In this document: piece after piece, positions 20,923 to 31,084 of the stretch
Layout: the number at the start of each line of letters is the position of its first letter
Position numbering within the stretch: position 1 is the first letter of the stretch
Source of the DNA: Candidatus Bathyarchaeota archaeon
GTDB taxonomy: Archaea > Thermoproteota > Bathyarchaeia > Bathyarchaeales > Bathycorpusculaceae
Direction of reading: 5' to 3'
Assembly: GCA_963780185.1 (NCBI GenBank)
Contig: CAWABA010000004.1
Span: 32,001 to 96,000, forward strand
DNA length: 64,000 nucleotides
Notes under the pieces: model-generated
Database searches by the model: none
What the model was told of the DNA's origin: nothing
What the model saw: only the letters and a program-made list of their open reading frames with translations
Position numbers and translations under genes: made by a program

Positions 20923-21993
20923 TTAAGATATAATTTGATCTAATTCTCTTCTACTCACTAAGTTGTGATTTCCTATTGGATAAAAACTTAACTTTCTTTC
21001 TTTAACAAGCTGTTCTATAGTTTCCGCAGGAACGCCGAAACTTCCATTTTCTTCTTGAATTGGGATTAATTCGCTTTTAACAAAGTTTAGGTTAAGTCCT
21101 GGAATAGAGTAATTGTTCCAGCCAACATAAGGACAAACAATTTTATCAACGGCCTTTTTGTAATCGTTTGAGACTTCAATAAAATGCCTTTTCTGAAAAT
21201 ATTTGTCACACTTAGAGTTAAGCTGCAAAGACTTTATTTCTACTCTTAAACCGAATAGCAAATTTTTCATCTTGGAGATTATTCCTGACTTATTTATCCG
21301 TCTATTCTCAAGGTTTTCAACCTGCTCAGCCATCTCAATTATTTGCGAAGAAATAGCCAACTCAGCATTTTGCAGAAAGGTTTTATGATTTTCCAAAGAT
21401 TGCTTAAGGGCTAAGTCCAATTGCGAATCGTTTCTTGGGCTAAGAACAGATTTGGCAACTAGATAGCTTGCTCTATAACCTAAATTGAAGTCAATTATTG
21501 GCTTAGCGAAAGTACGCTCTTGTTTGACTCCGGCTAAGGTAGCTATGTATAACGTACCATCCTTGCCTTGAACTTCCTTTGTTAAGGCATTAGCCAGTCC
21601 TAAACACCTATTTCGCTCAAATGTTTTGTTTCTTAGCTGATGCTGAATGGTTTCTTCTAAATTAGGTATTAAACTACAGTTCTCAATACTTTCTTCCCAG
21701 CTATGATGTGTTGGATAAAAAGAAGCCATTGACGTATAAGAGTCTTGAATATAATGAAGCGATACCCCCAAGTAAAAATAAGCATTCAAAAAATCTTCTC
21801 TAAGAAAATAATCTCTTGAAGTTAACAAATTTTGCTCAATTACATATGATTTACCGAAATGATGAGGGTAATCACCCCAAGTATCTGGTGCAATAACGCC
21901 TTCTCTAAGCCTTGTTGCCTCTAAGTTTGAAAGAGATATTTCTAATTTTTTGAAAACATCAAAAGTAATTCGGATATGAGTTTTCCAAAGCAT
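20923..21993 (-). CDS. Zn-dependent phospholipase C/nuclease P1-like domain fused to a coiled coil and a C-terminal excisionase-like HTH
   Basis: WKTH, GVIAPD, HH, LGVSLHYIQD, HHSWEE; C-terminal TIEQLVKERKL...LVSRRELDQII; AT-rich. Confidence 0.65.
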   Translation of the reverse strand: MLWKTHIRITFDVFKKLEISLSNLEATRLREGVIAPDTWGDYPHHFGKSYVIEQNLLTSRDYFLREDFLNAYFYLGVSLHYIQDSYTSMASFYPTHHSWEESIENCSLIPNLEETIQHQLRNKTFERNRCLGLANALTKEVQGKDGTLYIATLAGVKQERTFAKPIIDFNLGYRASYLVAKSVLSPRNDSQLDLALKQSLENHKTFLQNAELAISSQIIEMAEQVENLENRRINKSGIISKMKNLLFGLRVEIKSLQLNSKCDKYFQKRHFIEVSNDYKKAVDKIVCPYVGWNNYSIPGLNLNFVKSELIPIQEENGSFGVPAETIEQLVKERKLSFYPIGNHNLVSRRELDQIIS

Positions 21994-22189
21994 GCAATTC
22001 CTTACTAGAACCAAGCGCTTTTTATGATTTATGAATCAGTGCTCTTTCTGTGGCAAGAATAGTTGATGTTGAGAAAGGTGAGTTGGTAAAGATTCCCCAA
22101 ATTTGAACCCTAGCCCATAAAGTTTAACCCTATAAATTGACCAGGCTAAAGTAGGAAATTCTTTAAGCGAGTAATTACAATTTGCATCC

Positions 22190-23113
22190 ATGCCCATTCC
22201 AAAATACGAAGAAATGATGCTTCCATTTCTCCAATTCTTAGGAGACAAAGAGACACATCGCTTAAGCGAGGTAATTGAGCACTTATATGAAGTCTTTCAT
22301 ACAACCGAAGAAGAGAAAAAAGAGCTTTCGCCTAGTGGCGAAAATAGAGTTTTTCCTAATCGAGTAAGATGGGTAAAACTGTATCTGGAAAGGGCTGGGC
22401 TTATCGAAGCACCGCTCAGGGCAACATATAAAATTACAAAAACGGGCAGTTCCGTCTTGAACGAAAACCCTCAACGGATTGATGTGAAATATCTCACGAG
22501 ATTTCCTGATTTTGTAAAGTTCAAATTTCATAAAAGCGAAAACAAAACACCTACTGAGATTTCAGATACCGGAAAGGAAATAGCACAATCACTAAACCCT
22601 ATGGAATTACTTGAGAATGCATACATTAAAATCAAGGAAGAATTGGCTGAGGATTTGTTGAGAGAGCTAAAAAAGGCAACCCCGTTGTTTTTTGAAAACG
22701 TGGTGGTTGAACTACTAGTAAAAATGGGTTACGGTGGCTCAAAAAAAGATGCAGGTCAAGCCATCGGTCGAAGTGGAGATGAAGGGATTGATGGCATAAT
22801 AAAAGAAGATCGTTTAGGCTTGGATGCGATTTACATTCAAGCGAAAAAATGGGAGGGAACAGTCGGCCGTCCCGAACTGCACAAATTCGTAGGAGCATTG
22901 AAAGGCCAGAGAGCAAACAAGGGGATTTTCATAACTACATCCAACTTCTCAAAAGACGCGATCGAATACGCTTCAAAAATAGATTCGCCAAAGGTTGTGC
23001 TAATAGATGGCCAAAAATTTACCGAATTAATGATTGAACATGGAGTCGGGGTTTCCGAAGTTACATGCTTTGAGATCAAAAAGATAGACCAAGACTATTT
23101 TACTGAGGAGTAA
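22190..23113 (+). CDS. mrr: Mrr type IV (modification-dependent) restriction endonuclease
   Basis: MPIPKYEEMMLPFL, NRVRW..YL..AGL, FFENVVVELLVKMGYG, DEGIDGII.ED.LGLD.IYIQAKKW. Confidence 0.95.
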   Translation: MPIPKYEEMMLPFLQFLGDKETHRLSEVIEHLYEVFHTTEEEKKELSPSGENRVFPNRVRWVKLYLERAGLIEAPLRATYKITKTGSSVLNENPQRIDVKYLTRFPDFVKFKFHKSENKTPTEISDTGKEIAQSLNPMELLENAYIKIKEELAEDLLRELKKATPLFFENVVVELLVKMGYGGSKKDAGQAIGRSGDEGIDGIIKEDRLGLDAIYIQAKKWEGTVGRPELHKFVGALKGQRANKGIFITTSNFSKDAIEYASKIDSPKVVLIDGQKFTELMIEHGVGVSEVTCFEIKKIDQDYFTEE

Positions 23114-23158
23114 AAGAAAAAACATTTTTAGGATTTATTAAATTGTAAAAGTTTTGAG

Positions 23159-23236
23159 TGGTGGGGCTGCCCGGATTTGAACCGGAGTCTATAGAGCCCA
23201 AGTCTACAAGCCTAGACCAAGCTAGCCGACAGCCCC
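23159..23236 (-). tRNA. tRNA-Pro(UGG), CCA encoded, no intron
   Basis: GGGGCTG acceptor stem; anticodon arm GTAGA-CTTGGGC-TCTAT; T-arm TCCGG-TTCAAAT-CCGGG; ends ACCA. Confidence 0.95.
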
Positions 23237-23676
23237 GCTGTGTGCTGGGAAACAATAGTTTGTGTTGGGTCATAAAAACCTTAGCTACGGCGGCGGGGCA
23301 GGTGCAGGTGGGTTTACGGGGTTGCTGACGGTTTCGCCGTTGAATCTCCGTGGATAAGCGTGGGTTAAAGAGCGTGATTTTAAGTCAAACTTTTGTAATA
23401 TTACAAAACTTCAAGTCGCAACCCGCCCTTTCCCTGCCGCCCTCAATCCGAACCTAAAAAAGAACTCCAGCCCCAAACCAAAAAAGCAACCCAAAACAAG
23501 CACTTAAAAAAGCAGCCTACCCGAGGGAGGGGTCTAATATTTGCACAAAAAACACCACAAAAATGGGTTCAACTCATGCCTTTACCGAAGGGAGGGTACC
23601 CCCATTTTAACATCAAAAAACCAAGGTAAAAATGGATACGAAAAGGCAAGGAAAAAAAAGAAAGGGAGGGGGGCGC

Positions 23677-23955
23677 CTACATCATTGGGTATTCTTTGAC
23701 GGCTGTGGCGGGCATGGTGATGGTTTCGGTGACGCCTTTGATTGAGCGGATTTGTTCTCCTACGAAGTGGACGGCTTCTTCGTTGGTGTTTGCTTCGAAC
23801 CAGACGGCGAAGTCCCAGTTTCCGAAAACGTTGTAGGTGGCGTCAAGCCTTACGCCTTCAGCCGGCATGTTTGACAACGCGGAGATTGAGTTGAAGAAAT
23901 CCAGCGTTTTTGTGGTGTCGACTTTGATTAAAACAAGGTATTTCTGCATGTTCAT
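23677..23955 (-). CDS. Stand-alone Lrp/AsnC ligand-binding (RAM) domain protein
   Basis: YNVFGNWDF and IRSIKGVTETITM motifs. Confidence 0.8.
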   Translation of the reverse strand: MNMQKYLVLIKVDTTKTLDFFNSISALSNMPAEGVRLDATYNVFGNWDFAVWFEANTNEEAVHFVGEQIRSIKGVTETITMPATAVKEYPMM

Positions 23956-24116
23956 CCTTTTTTCGTTCGCTCTCCCATCCGCTCCATGTTTCGTTTCTTT
24001 ATGTCTCGTTCATTTCTTTCCATAAAATTCGCCAACAAAATTAGCCTTGGCTAAAGTTTAAACATGTGTGACTGTCACGGCACGGCAACAAGCCACCAAA
24101 AACAGGCAACCACGCA

Positions 24117-24399
24117 TCAGGCAGACAGAACGGTGAGCGCTTCTTTAATTTGGGCTTGGCACAGCTTACATTTCTTCATGAACTCGTCAGTTGCCAAGGG
24201 ACCGCAAACGTCGCACACGATTCTGCGAGCAGTCGTCGTAGGTGAAGCAGCAGACTGGGTAGCGGTCAGACTCTTTAAAGGCGCCTTTGATTATGGCTAA
24301 CTGCGCCGCGACGCTGCCCGAAGCCTCTTGGTCAGGCACATAATCCATGACTGAAAGCTCATTTAGGACATAGTCTAAACGTTTTTTTATACTTGTCAC
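24117..24399 (-). CDS. Small Cys-rich protein, frameshifted near 24220
   Basis: Adding one A after cag-aa continues IVCDVCGPLATDEFMKKCKLCQAQIKEALTVLSA-stop, giving CC-x4-C-x5-CxxC-x11-CxxC. Confidence 0.6.
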
Positions 24400-24508
24400 T
24401 TACTTCCCCTCTCGCCTCTCTGAACAAATCAGCAATGCCAACTAGAAGTATAAGAAATTAACCATTAAACAGACTGAAAATTCAGGCGCACAAGCCAAAA
24501 TCTGGGGG

Positions 24509-25459
24509 CTATGCCTTAGCTTTTCTGACGTAGGCTGAAGCACGCATCGCCGCCATGGCGCCTTCGCCAGCCGCAGTGACCACCTGCATTCCGCCGCATG
24601 TGCAGTCTCCAGCTGCGAACACGCCTTCGACGCTGGTTTTCTGCTGCCGATCCACACTTAGGCAGCCCGACGGGTCTGTGGCGACGCCGGCGTTCTTGAC
24701 GATAGCGGTCATGGGAACCCCGCCTAAAGAAACAAAAACACCCTTCACCGCCCGCTCCACCTCACGCTCAGACTCGAACTCCAAAACCCGCACGGCACTA
24801 ACAACCTGTTCGCCGACGACTCTTACAACCTGCCCCATGACAACTTCGATGTTCGACTTGCCCTTTAGCCTGTCCATCAACGCGCCTTCAAAGTTGAGTT
24901 CCCGCTGCTCACTAACCAGCAGAACCTGACTTGCCAAATCAGCCATAAACAACGCGTCAATCGCGGCTTCCTCCCCGTTGCCTACCACCGCCACCGCGGC
25001 TTTTCTGAAGAATGGGCCGTCACAGGTCACGCAGTAGCTGACTCCTCTCCCCACAAAGTCGGTTTCGCCTGCCACCAGTAGTTTTCGGCGCTGCGTTCCC
25101 GTGGCAATAATCACCGAAGACGCTTCATAGGTTTGTTTGCGGGACACGACGCGTTTGAGTTCGCCACGGAGGTCGAGCCCGATGACTTCTTCGTTGTCGG
25201 CTATCTCCGCTTCAAAACGCAGAGCTTGCAGACGCATCTTCTCCGCCAAATCGCTGCCTTTAACGCCGAACTCGAAGCCTGGAAAATTCTCAATCTTCGG
25301 CGCCAACCACGCCCGACCCCCAACCATACCCGCTTCCAAAACCACGGTTTTCAACCCTAACCAAGCAGAGTAAATAGCCGCAGTTAACCCCGCGGGTCCG
25401 CCCCCGATGATTAAAACGTCAACGCGTTTGTTTGCTGTTTCCATTGTCGATTCCGCCAA
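24509..25459 (-). CDS. trxB: Thioredoxin-disulfide reductase
   Basis: GGGPAGLTAAIY, IENFPGF, GRGVSYCVTCDG, GVFAAGD. Confidence 0.95.
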   Translation of the reverse strand: MAESTMETANKRVDVLIIGGGPAGLTAAIYSAWLGLKTVVLEAGMVGGRAWLAPKIENFPGFEFGVKGSDLAEKMRLQALRFEAEIADNEEVIGLDLRGELKRVVSRKQTYEASSVIIATGTQRRKLLVAGETDFVGRGVSYCVTCDGPFFRKAAVAVVGNGEEAAIDALFMADLASQVLLVSEQRELNFEGALMDRLKGKSNIEVVMGQVVRVVGEQVVSAVRVLEFESEREVERAVKGVFVSLGGVPMTAIVKNAGVATDPSGCLSVDRQQKTSVEGVFAAGDCTCGGMQVVTAAGEGAMAAMRASAYVRKAKA

Positions 25460-25589
25460 AACTGTTTTATCTACTTAATTGAATTCCCCTGGGGGTTCAT
25501 GAGGTTTTCGTTTGCGGCAGAAAAAGAGTGGTTTTTGGCTTGGGTTTTTAAGGCGGAGCAGCCTAAATGGTTGCAGGGTGCCTTTCGGC

Positions 25590-26030
25590 TTGGAGCCAAA
25601 CGAGGAGCTTAACGCGTCGACTTTCCAAACTTACATGTATCTTGTTAAAGTCGGCAAACCCGTTGGACCCCGAGACGTCATGCGTGGAGCCAACCTAAGC
25701 AGCCCCAGCGTCGCGTACGGAACCTGCAGAAACTCGTGGACTTCGGCTTAGTCGTCAAGGACGAGTACAGTAACTATGCGGCTAAAGAAAAAATGAACAA
25801 GAAAGGCTACCTGTGGGTTGGGAAAACCCTGATGCCGAGCTTCGTGATTTTCGGCTTCGTTTTCGTTGGGCATGTTGATCGCTGAAATCGCCGTTTTGAT
25901 TCCCCACTTGATTTTAGGCTCCTCGATAGAAGAGGCGTTTTGGCTTTGGATAATAACAACCGTCGCCGCCGCCCTGCTATTCCTGGTGACTGCCGTTCGG
26001 TTCAGGATGAAGAGTAAGACCCAGCCGTAA
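25590..26030 (+). pseudogene. HTH regulator with two C-terminal transmembrane helices, interrupted by two indels (pseudogene or assembly error)
   Basis: GPRDVMRGANLSSPSVAY continues in a shifted frame as RNLQKLVDFGLVVKDEYSNY; second shift near 25865. Confidence 0.7.
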
Positions 26031-26101
26031 ACGTAAAGATGGCTGACAGAGATTTTTCGGGTTTAAAAAACAAAAAAATAAAATAGAGTTAGATGTTTGG
26101 T

Positions 26102-27748
26102 TTATTCTTCGCCGCCGGGCATTCCGCCGCCTGGGCCGCCTGCTCCGCCTTTGGGAGATTTGGCTGTTATGACGTCGTCGATGCGTAGGATCATGGCTGC
26201 TGATTCTGCTGCTGATTTGATGGCTTGTTCTTTGACTACGATTGGTTCGATGACTCCGTTTGCGATGCTGTCTTGCAGTTTGCCTGTGAAGACGTTGATG
26301 CCGAAGTTTTTGCCGTCTGCTGCGTCGTGTTTTTGGCGTAGTTCAACGAGGATGTCTATGGGTTCTAACCCTGCGTTTTCCGCCAGCGTTCTCGGGATGA
26401 CTTCTACCGCGTCTGCGAATGCTTCCACGGCGAGCTGTTCTCTTCCGCCGACTTTCGTCGCGTATTTGCGTAGTTCCTTGGCGATTTCGATTTCTACTGC
26501 GCCGCCGCCTGGAACGATCTTGTTGTTTTCGATAACGTCTGAAACCACGGAGAGTGAGTCAACCATGGCGCTTTCAGCTTCGTCTACGAGGCGTTCTAAG
26601 CCTGCGCGTATGAGTATGGCTACGCTGTGTGGGTCTTTGCATTTTTCGACGAAGAGCATTTTGTCGTCGCCGATTTTGCGTTCAGTAACTGAGCCTGCGA
26701 ATCCAAGGTCTGCTGCTTTGAGGTCGTCGAGGTCACTGATGATGCGTGCGCCTGTTGCCCGCGAAAGCTTCTCCATGTCGCTTTCTTTGACGCGCCTTGC
26801 CGCCATAATGCCGACTTTGCTGAGGAAATGCTGAACCATGTCGTCGATGCCTTTCTGGCAGAAAACCACGTCTGCGCCTGAAGCTTTGACTTTGGTAACC
26901 ATCTTCTGCATCATGTCGCTTTCCTGGTCAAGGAACGCTTTCATCTGAGACGGGTCTTTTATGCGGATTTCCGCGCTGATTTCGGTTTTTTCGATTTCCA
27001 GCGCTGCGTCCAAAAGCAGGATTTTCGCGTTTTCTTTGGCTTTTGGCATGCCTGGGTTAACGACTTCTTTGTCGATGATTATGCCTTGGATAAGCTGGGT
27101 TTCGAGGAGGCTCTTCCCTGTTTTCTTGACGAGTTGGATGTTGTCGATGTCCGCGATGGTTTTGTCTCCGCGTTTCTCAGCAATCTGCATGACGGCTGCT
27201 ATGCTTATTTCGGCTAGGTGTTCACGTGCGCTGCCTACTGCTTTGCTGCTCATGCTGGTTAAGGAGATTTGGAGTAGTGTGGCTTTGTTGTTGACGTCAA
27301 GTGGGGTGGCTAGTTTGTTTATGATTTCTATGGCTTTTTGCCCTGCTTTTCGGTATCCGCTGACCAGGATTGTTGGGTGGATGTTTTGGTCGAGGAGTTC
27401 TTCGGCTTTTTTGAGGAGTTCGCTTGCGAGAACGACTGCGGTTGTTGTTCCGTCGCCGACCATGTCGTCTTGGGTTTTTGCGATTTCAACCATCATTTTG
27501 GCTGCTGGGTGTTCGACGTCGATTTCTTTGAGGATTGCGGCGCCGTCGTTTGTTATTGTTATGTCGCCTAGGCCGTCGATGAGCATTTTGTCCATGCCTC
27601 TGGGTCCTAGGGTTGTTTTGAGTACTTCGCCGATGACGCGTGCCGCCATGATGTTGTTTCGTTGGGCTTCTTTGCCCCTGCTTCTGGTTGTTCCTTCTTT
27701 AAGAATCAAGACTGGCTGTCCTGAATTTGTAGTTGTTAAATACGCCAT
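26102..27748 (-). CDS. ths: Thermosome (group II chaperonin) subunit
   Basis: [44 protein letters not shown] tail. Confidence 0.98.
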   Translation of the reverse strand: MAYLTTTNSGQPVLILKEGTTRSRGKEAQRNNIMAARVIGEVLKTTLGPRGMDKMLIDGLGDITITNDGAAILKEIDVEHPAAKMMVEIAKTQDDMVGDGTTTAVVLASELLKKAEELLDQNIHPTILVSGYRKAGQKAIEIINKLATPLDVNNKATLLQISLTSMSSKAVGSAREHLAEISIAAVMQIAEKRGDKTIADIDNIQLVKKTGKSLLETQLIQGIIIDKEVVNPGMPKAKENAKILLLDAALEIEKTEISAEIRIKDPSQMKAFLDQESDMMQKMVTKVKASGADVVFCQKGIDDMVQHFLSKVGIMAARRVKESDMEKLSRATGARIISDLDDLKAADLGFAGSVTERKIGDDKMLFVEKCKDPHSVAILIRAGLERLVDEAESAMVDSLSVVSDVIENNKIVPGGGAVEIEIAKELRKYATKVGGREQLAVEAFADAVEVIPRTLAENAGLEPIDILVELRQKHDAADGKNFGINVFTGKLQDSIANGVIEPIVVKEQAIKSAAESAAMILRIDDVITAKSPKGGAGGPGGGMPGGEE

Positions 27749-28256
27749 ATGTTACACCATCTTAATAGAACATGTTTTTATTATATCGGAAATAAGCAAA
27801 AAGTCTGCGGAAATATAAACTTTTAGCTTCGGAAACTGTAGGTTTCTGATTTTTTCTGGTTGGTTTTGGTTTTTTTCGGGTTTGGTTTTTCTGAAATAAT
27901 TTTTAAGTTGAGACTTTTGTTTTGGTGAAAGTTGAGACTTTCCGCCTTGGGTCTTTGTGTTTTGGGTTGCTTTTTTGGTTTTGGGCTTGGCTTTTGCTTG
28001 AGCATTGCCACATTTGGGATGGGCGGATTGCGACTTTGTATGTTGAGGCTATGTTGAAGTTATTGTCGCGTATGGGCGCTGCGACTTTCTCGGCGGTGGT
28101 TCAGGTTTGCTTAAGTGTTGGTTTTCCAATGTGGGAAGCTTGGAGGCTTTTGGGGTTGCGGCTTTTGGGATGGGTGCTGGTTGAAGAGTCAATGGGCAGG
28201 TTTTGATGCTGGGTTGTTTTTACAAAAAAAGATGACTGTGAGAATGTTTTTCTGTG

Positions 28257-28574
28257 TTATTGCGGCTGCTTTGGATTCCTGTAAGTCCGCACAACGTAGA
28301 AGCCGATGATCCAGACGCCCAGAAGCACGAGCAGCGTTGCCCAGAACAGGTCCCATGGAATGTCAGGGACAACAATGCACAGACCAGCCACAATGACGAT
28401 GGCGCCTGCTATCAGTGCCCCGAAGCCGGAGCGGCCGTGTTCGTGGTCGTGATGCCTGTGCCGCCTGAATTGGTCTGGGGTTGACGCCGCCTGTAGTTGT
28501 GCGCCGCATTTTTTGCAGTACGCTGAGTCCTCAGAATTCATCATTCCACATTTCGAGCAGTAAACCGACGACAA
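28257..28574 (-). CDS. Zinc-ribbon domain membrane protein
   Basis: YCSKCG..N...S.YCKKCG, His-rich linker, two transmembrane helices. Confidence 0.8.
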   Translation of the reverse strand: MSSVYCSKCGMMNSEDSAYCKKCGAQLQAASTPDQFRRHRHHDHEHGRSGFGALIAGAIVIVAGLCIVVPDIPWDLFWATLLVLLGVWIIGFYVVRTYRNPKQPQ

Positions 28575-28715
28575 TTTCCTTACACCTACTGAGCCTGTCT
28601 TTCAATTTTTTGATTGCTTGGGAAACTTGGGTTTCGTTTTTTCTCGCATCTTTTTGCATGCAAATTCCATCCATCCAGTCGACCTTTGTTTTTGGGGAAT
28701 TAGAAAAAGGGAAGG

Positions 28716-29831
28716 TTAGTCTTCTCTCCATTTGAAGAGTTTAACTGCCAGCGTGAAGACGACCCCTGTCATGACGGCTATGACTGCTAAGTCGATTATT
28801 GCTCCCATCGTGTTGCTGTAGACCATGACGTTGTTTAAGCCTTCGACGACGTAGAACAGCGGCAGCGCGTGCGCGAAGTTTTTCAGGTAGGTTGGCATGA
28901 GACTGATGGGGAAGAATGTGCCAGAGAGGAACATCATTGGGTAGGTAACTATGTTGCCGATTATGGCTGCTGTTTCGGGGGTTTTGGTGACTGTACCTAC
29001 GAGCATGCCTAAAGAGGCGAATAGCGTTGGTCCAATGAGCAGAAACGGTATGATTCCCACGGTTAGGTTAATGTTGGCGCCGAACACGTAGGTTCCGACT
29101 GCAACCATCAGCAGAAAACTTGCAAGTGTTACGAGCAGGTACAGCATGATTTTTGAGGTGAGCCACTCCATCTTTGTTAGCGGTGTAAGTGATAGTTGCT
29201 TGAAGAGTTTTGTTCTCTTGTACTCTGAGGAGATGTTAACCAGCGAGAACATTGGGCTGACCAGTATTGTGAAGCCTACAAGTCCTGGGATTAGGAAATC
29301 GACGTATTTTGTTTGGTGGATGTTAACGGTTGCTGCTGTAATGCCGATGACTGTTGTGCCGTTGAAGCGTTGCAGATTAAAGTAGTTGGTGTAGCCGTTG
29401 ACTGTGCTACTTACGATGCCACTGGTGCTCGACGTTGGGTTCCCGTAAACTGTTATGTTTATTGGGTTGCCTTGTAAGTAGTTGGAACTGAAGTTCGCTG
29501 GGATTATGATGCCATCTGAGGTTGAATGCGCTGATAGGTATTGTGAAAAGTTTTCTGATGGGTCAACTGTGATAACTCTGACTGTGCTGGAAGTGTTTAG
29601 GGCGTTGAGGAATTGGGCGGCTATGTTTGTTTGAGGTGTCACGAAGGGGCTTGTGTCTTGGTTTTGGGTATAAACGTTGATTGTCCCTGAACTGTTTCCT
29701 GAGAAGATAGTACCGAATATGAGGATTAGGATTATTGGGAAAACAAGAGCGAAGAAAAGTCCCAGTCTGTTTCTTAGGTAGCTGCGTCGGAAAACTTTGA
29801 AGTCTGATATTATTCTTTTTATGCTTGACGT
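28716..29831 (-). CDS. ABC-2 type exporter permease; probable start is ACG at 29831
   Basis: The frame is open 63 codons upstream of the listed GTG and encodes TM1 (RNRLGLFFALVFPIILILIFG); later YVDFLIPG and PMMFLSGTFFP. Confidence 0.9.
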   Translation of the reverse strand, partial: TSSIKRIISDFKVFRRSYLRNRLGLFFALVFPIILILIFGTIFSGNSSGTINVYTQNQDTSPFVTPQTNIAAQFLNALNTSSTVRVITVDPSENFSQYLSAHSTSDGIIIPANFSSNYLQGNPINITVYGNPTSSTSGIVSSTVNGYTNYFNLQRFNGTTVIGITAATVNIHQTKYVDFLIPGLVGFTILVSPMFSLVNISSEYKRTKLFKQLSLTPLTKMEWLTSKIMLYLLVTLASFLLMVAVGTYVFGANINLTVGIIPFLLIGPTLFASLGMLVGTVTKTPETAAIIGNIVTYPMMFLSGTFFPISLMPTYLKNFAHALPLFYVVEGLNNVMVYSNTMGAIIDLAVIAVMTGVVFTLAVKLFKWRED

Positions 29832-29833
29832 GT

Positions 29834-30796
29834 TTAGGGTCTCCTGTGGTTGGTTTTAACTTGGATGTATTGAGTAACTTCACCTTGCTCGTTGACTGCT
29901 CCGCTGACAAGTTTGACGAAAACGTCTTCGAGGCTGTCTTGCCGTGTCTGGATTGCACCCCAATCCATGTCTGACTGCTCAGCCGCCGCCAAAGCTGCAA
30001 GCGCATCAATCCTTTTTCGCAGGGACACGCAGACTTCGCTTCGGGTTGGGTCGTAGTCAACCTGTAACTCAGTGTTGGCTTTGATGTACTCTGCCAGTGC
30101 TGGACCGCCGTGGATTTGCAGGCGCTCACCTGAACCGTTCTCGGCAATGATTTCCTCTGTAGTTCCCAAAGCAACGATGTGCCCGTGGTTCATGATTGCA
30201 ACTCGGTCGGATAGCTGCTGTGCCTCGTCAAGGTAATGCGTGGTGAGGATGATTGTTTTGCCCTTGGCTTTCAAACCGCGGATAACGTCCCAGATGGCTC
30301 TTCTTGCGTTGGGGTCTAAGCCCGTTGTGGGTTCGTCGAGAAACAGCAGTTCCGGCTGGTTCACCAACGCCAACGCCAGACCTGTCTTCTGTTTCTGTCC
30401 ACCTGAGAGATTCTCAAAGTTTACGCCTGCTTTGTCCTCAAGGAGCACGTCGCGCAGTATGCTGTCAGGGTCTACTTTGACGTCGAATAGGTCAGCGTAG
30501 TAGACGATTGCTTCCCGAGGTGTCGCTTTCTCGATGAAACTGAACTCCTGCGGGATAACGCCTATTCTCTTGTGCAGTTCGTAGCCGTTTTTCCACGGGT
30601 CTAAGCCGAGAACTTTGGCGTCGCCGCCACTTCTTTCCCGCAGACCCTCAAGGATTTCTATGGTGGTGGATTTGCCTGCGCCGTTTGGCCCCAGTAAACC
30701 GAAGACTTCGCCCTGCTTAACCGTGAAGGATATGCCGTCGACCGCTTTCAAGTCGCCGTAACGCTTCTCAAGAGAGGAAACCTCTATCGGATTCAA
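29834..30796 (-). CDS. ABC exporter ATP-binding subunit
   Basis: GPNGAGKST, LSGGQKQ, LFLDEPTTGLD, TTHYLDEA. Confidence 0.95.
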   Translation of the reverse strand: MNPIEVSSLEKRYGDLKAVDGISFTVKQGEVFGLLGPNGAGKSTTIEILEGLRERSGGDAKVLGLDPWKNGYELHKRIGVIPQEFSFIEKATPREAIVYYADLFDVKVDPDSILRDVLLEDKAGVNFENLSGGQKQKTGLALALVNQPELLFLDEPTTGLDPNARRAIWDVIRGLKAKGKTIILTTHYLDEAQQLSDRVAIMNHGHIVALGTTEEIIAENGSGERLQIHGGPALAEYIKANTELQVDYDPTRSEVCVSLRKRIDALAALAAAEQSDMDWGAIQTRQDSLEDVFVKLVSGAVNEQGEVTQYIQVKTNHRRP

Positions 30797-30954
30797 TTAT
30801 TTCGCCTCCCAATGCAGTACGCGCCAGCTGTTGTTGTGGCTGCACCATTCCTGCCATGTGAACTCATGGAGGCACCGTCTAGAGCGGTTGAGGCGGCACC
30901 AGTTGTTCCACGAGTGTTTATGTGCGTTTTCTGTGATTGTTTTTGCGGATTCAT
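30793..30954 (-). CDS. Putative 53-aa peptide translationally coupled to the ABC ATPase
   Basis: ATG 30954 to TGA overlapping the TTG start of the ATPase (TTGA). Confidence 0.4.
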   Translation of the reverse strand: MNPQKQSQKTHINTRGTTGAASTALDGASMSSHGRNGAATTTAGAYCIGRRNN

Positions 30955-31006
30955 GCTTTTATCCCGAAAACAAAAATGGCAAAGTTTGATTAAAAGCTGG
31001 ACACTT

Positions 31007-31039
31007 GTTCATTTTATGAACCTGTTCACTTTGTGAACA
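31007..31039. promoter_or_regulatory. Tandem palindromic operator GTTCA-N5-TGAAC x2 in the divergent promoter
   Basis: GTTCATTTTATGAAC (31007-31021) and TGTTCACTTTGTGAACA (31023-31039). Confidence 0.7.
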
Positions 31040-31084
31040 AGCATTAACGTTAAAAACAAACGAGTTAAGATAGTATCTGCCAGC

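Noticed and set aside
26097-27818. Long plus-strand ORFs (245 and 285 aa) opposite the thermosome, and similar antisense ORFs over the pilins and infB
   Set aside because: Antisense shadows of genes with biased codon usage.
23475-27981. 24-bp inverted match AAACCAAAAAAGCAACCCAAAACA (23475-23498 versus 27958-27981)
   Set aside because: Both copies sit in low-complexity A/C-skewed intergenic DNA; no boundaries or function can be supported.
27823-28309. Overlapping short ORFs upstream of the thermosome
   Set aside because: Low-complexity T/G-rich sequence gives stop-poor frames; no SD site or family motifs.
29563-30174. 203-aa minus-strand ORF bridging the ABC ATPase and permease, suggesting a permease frameshift
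   Set aside because: It is an alternative frame; the real permease frame is continuous up to ACG at 29831, so no frameshift is needed.
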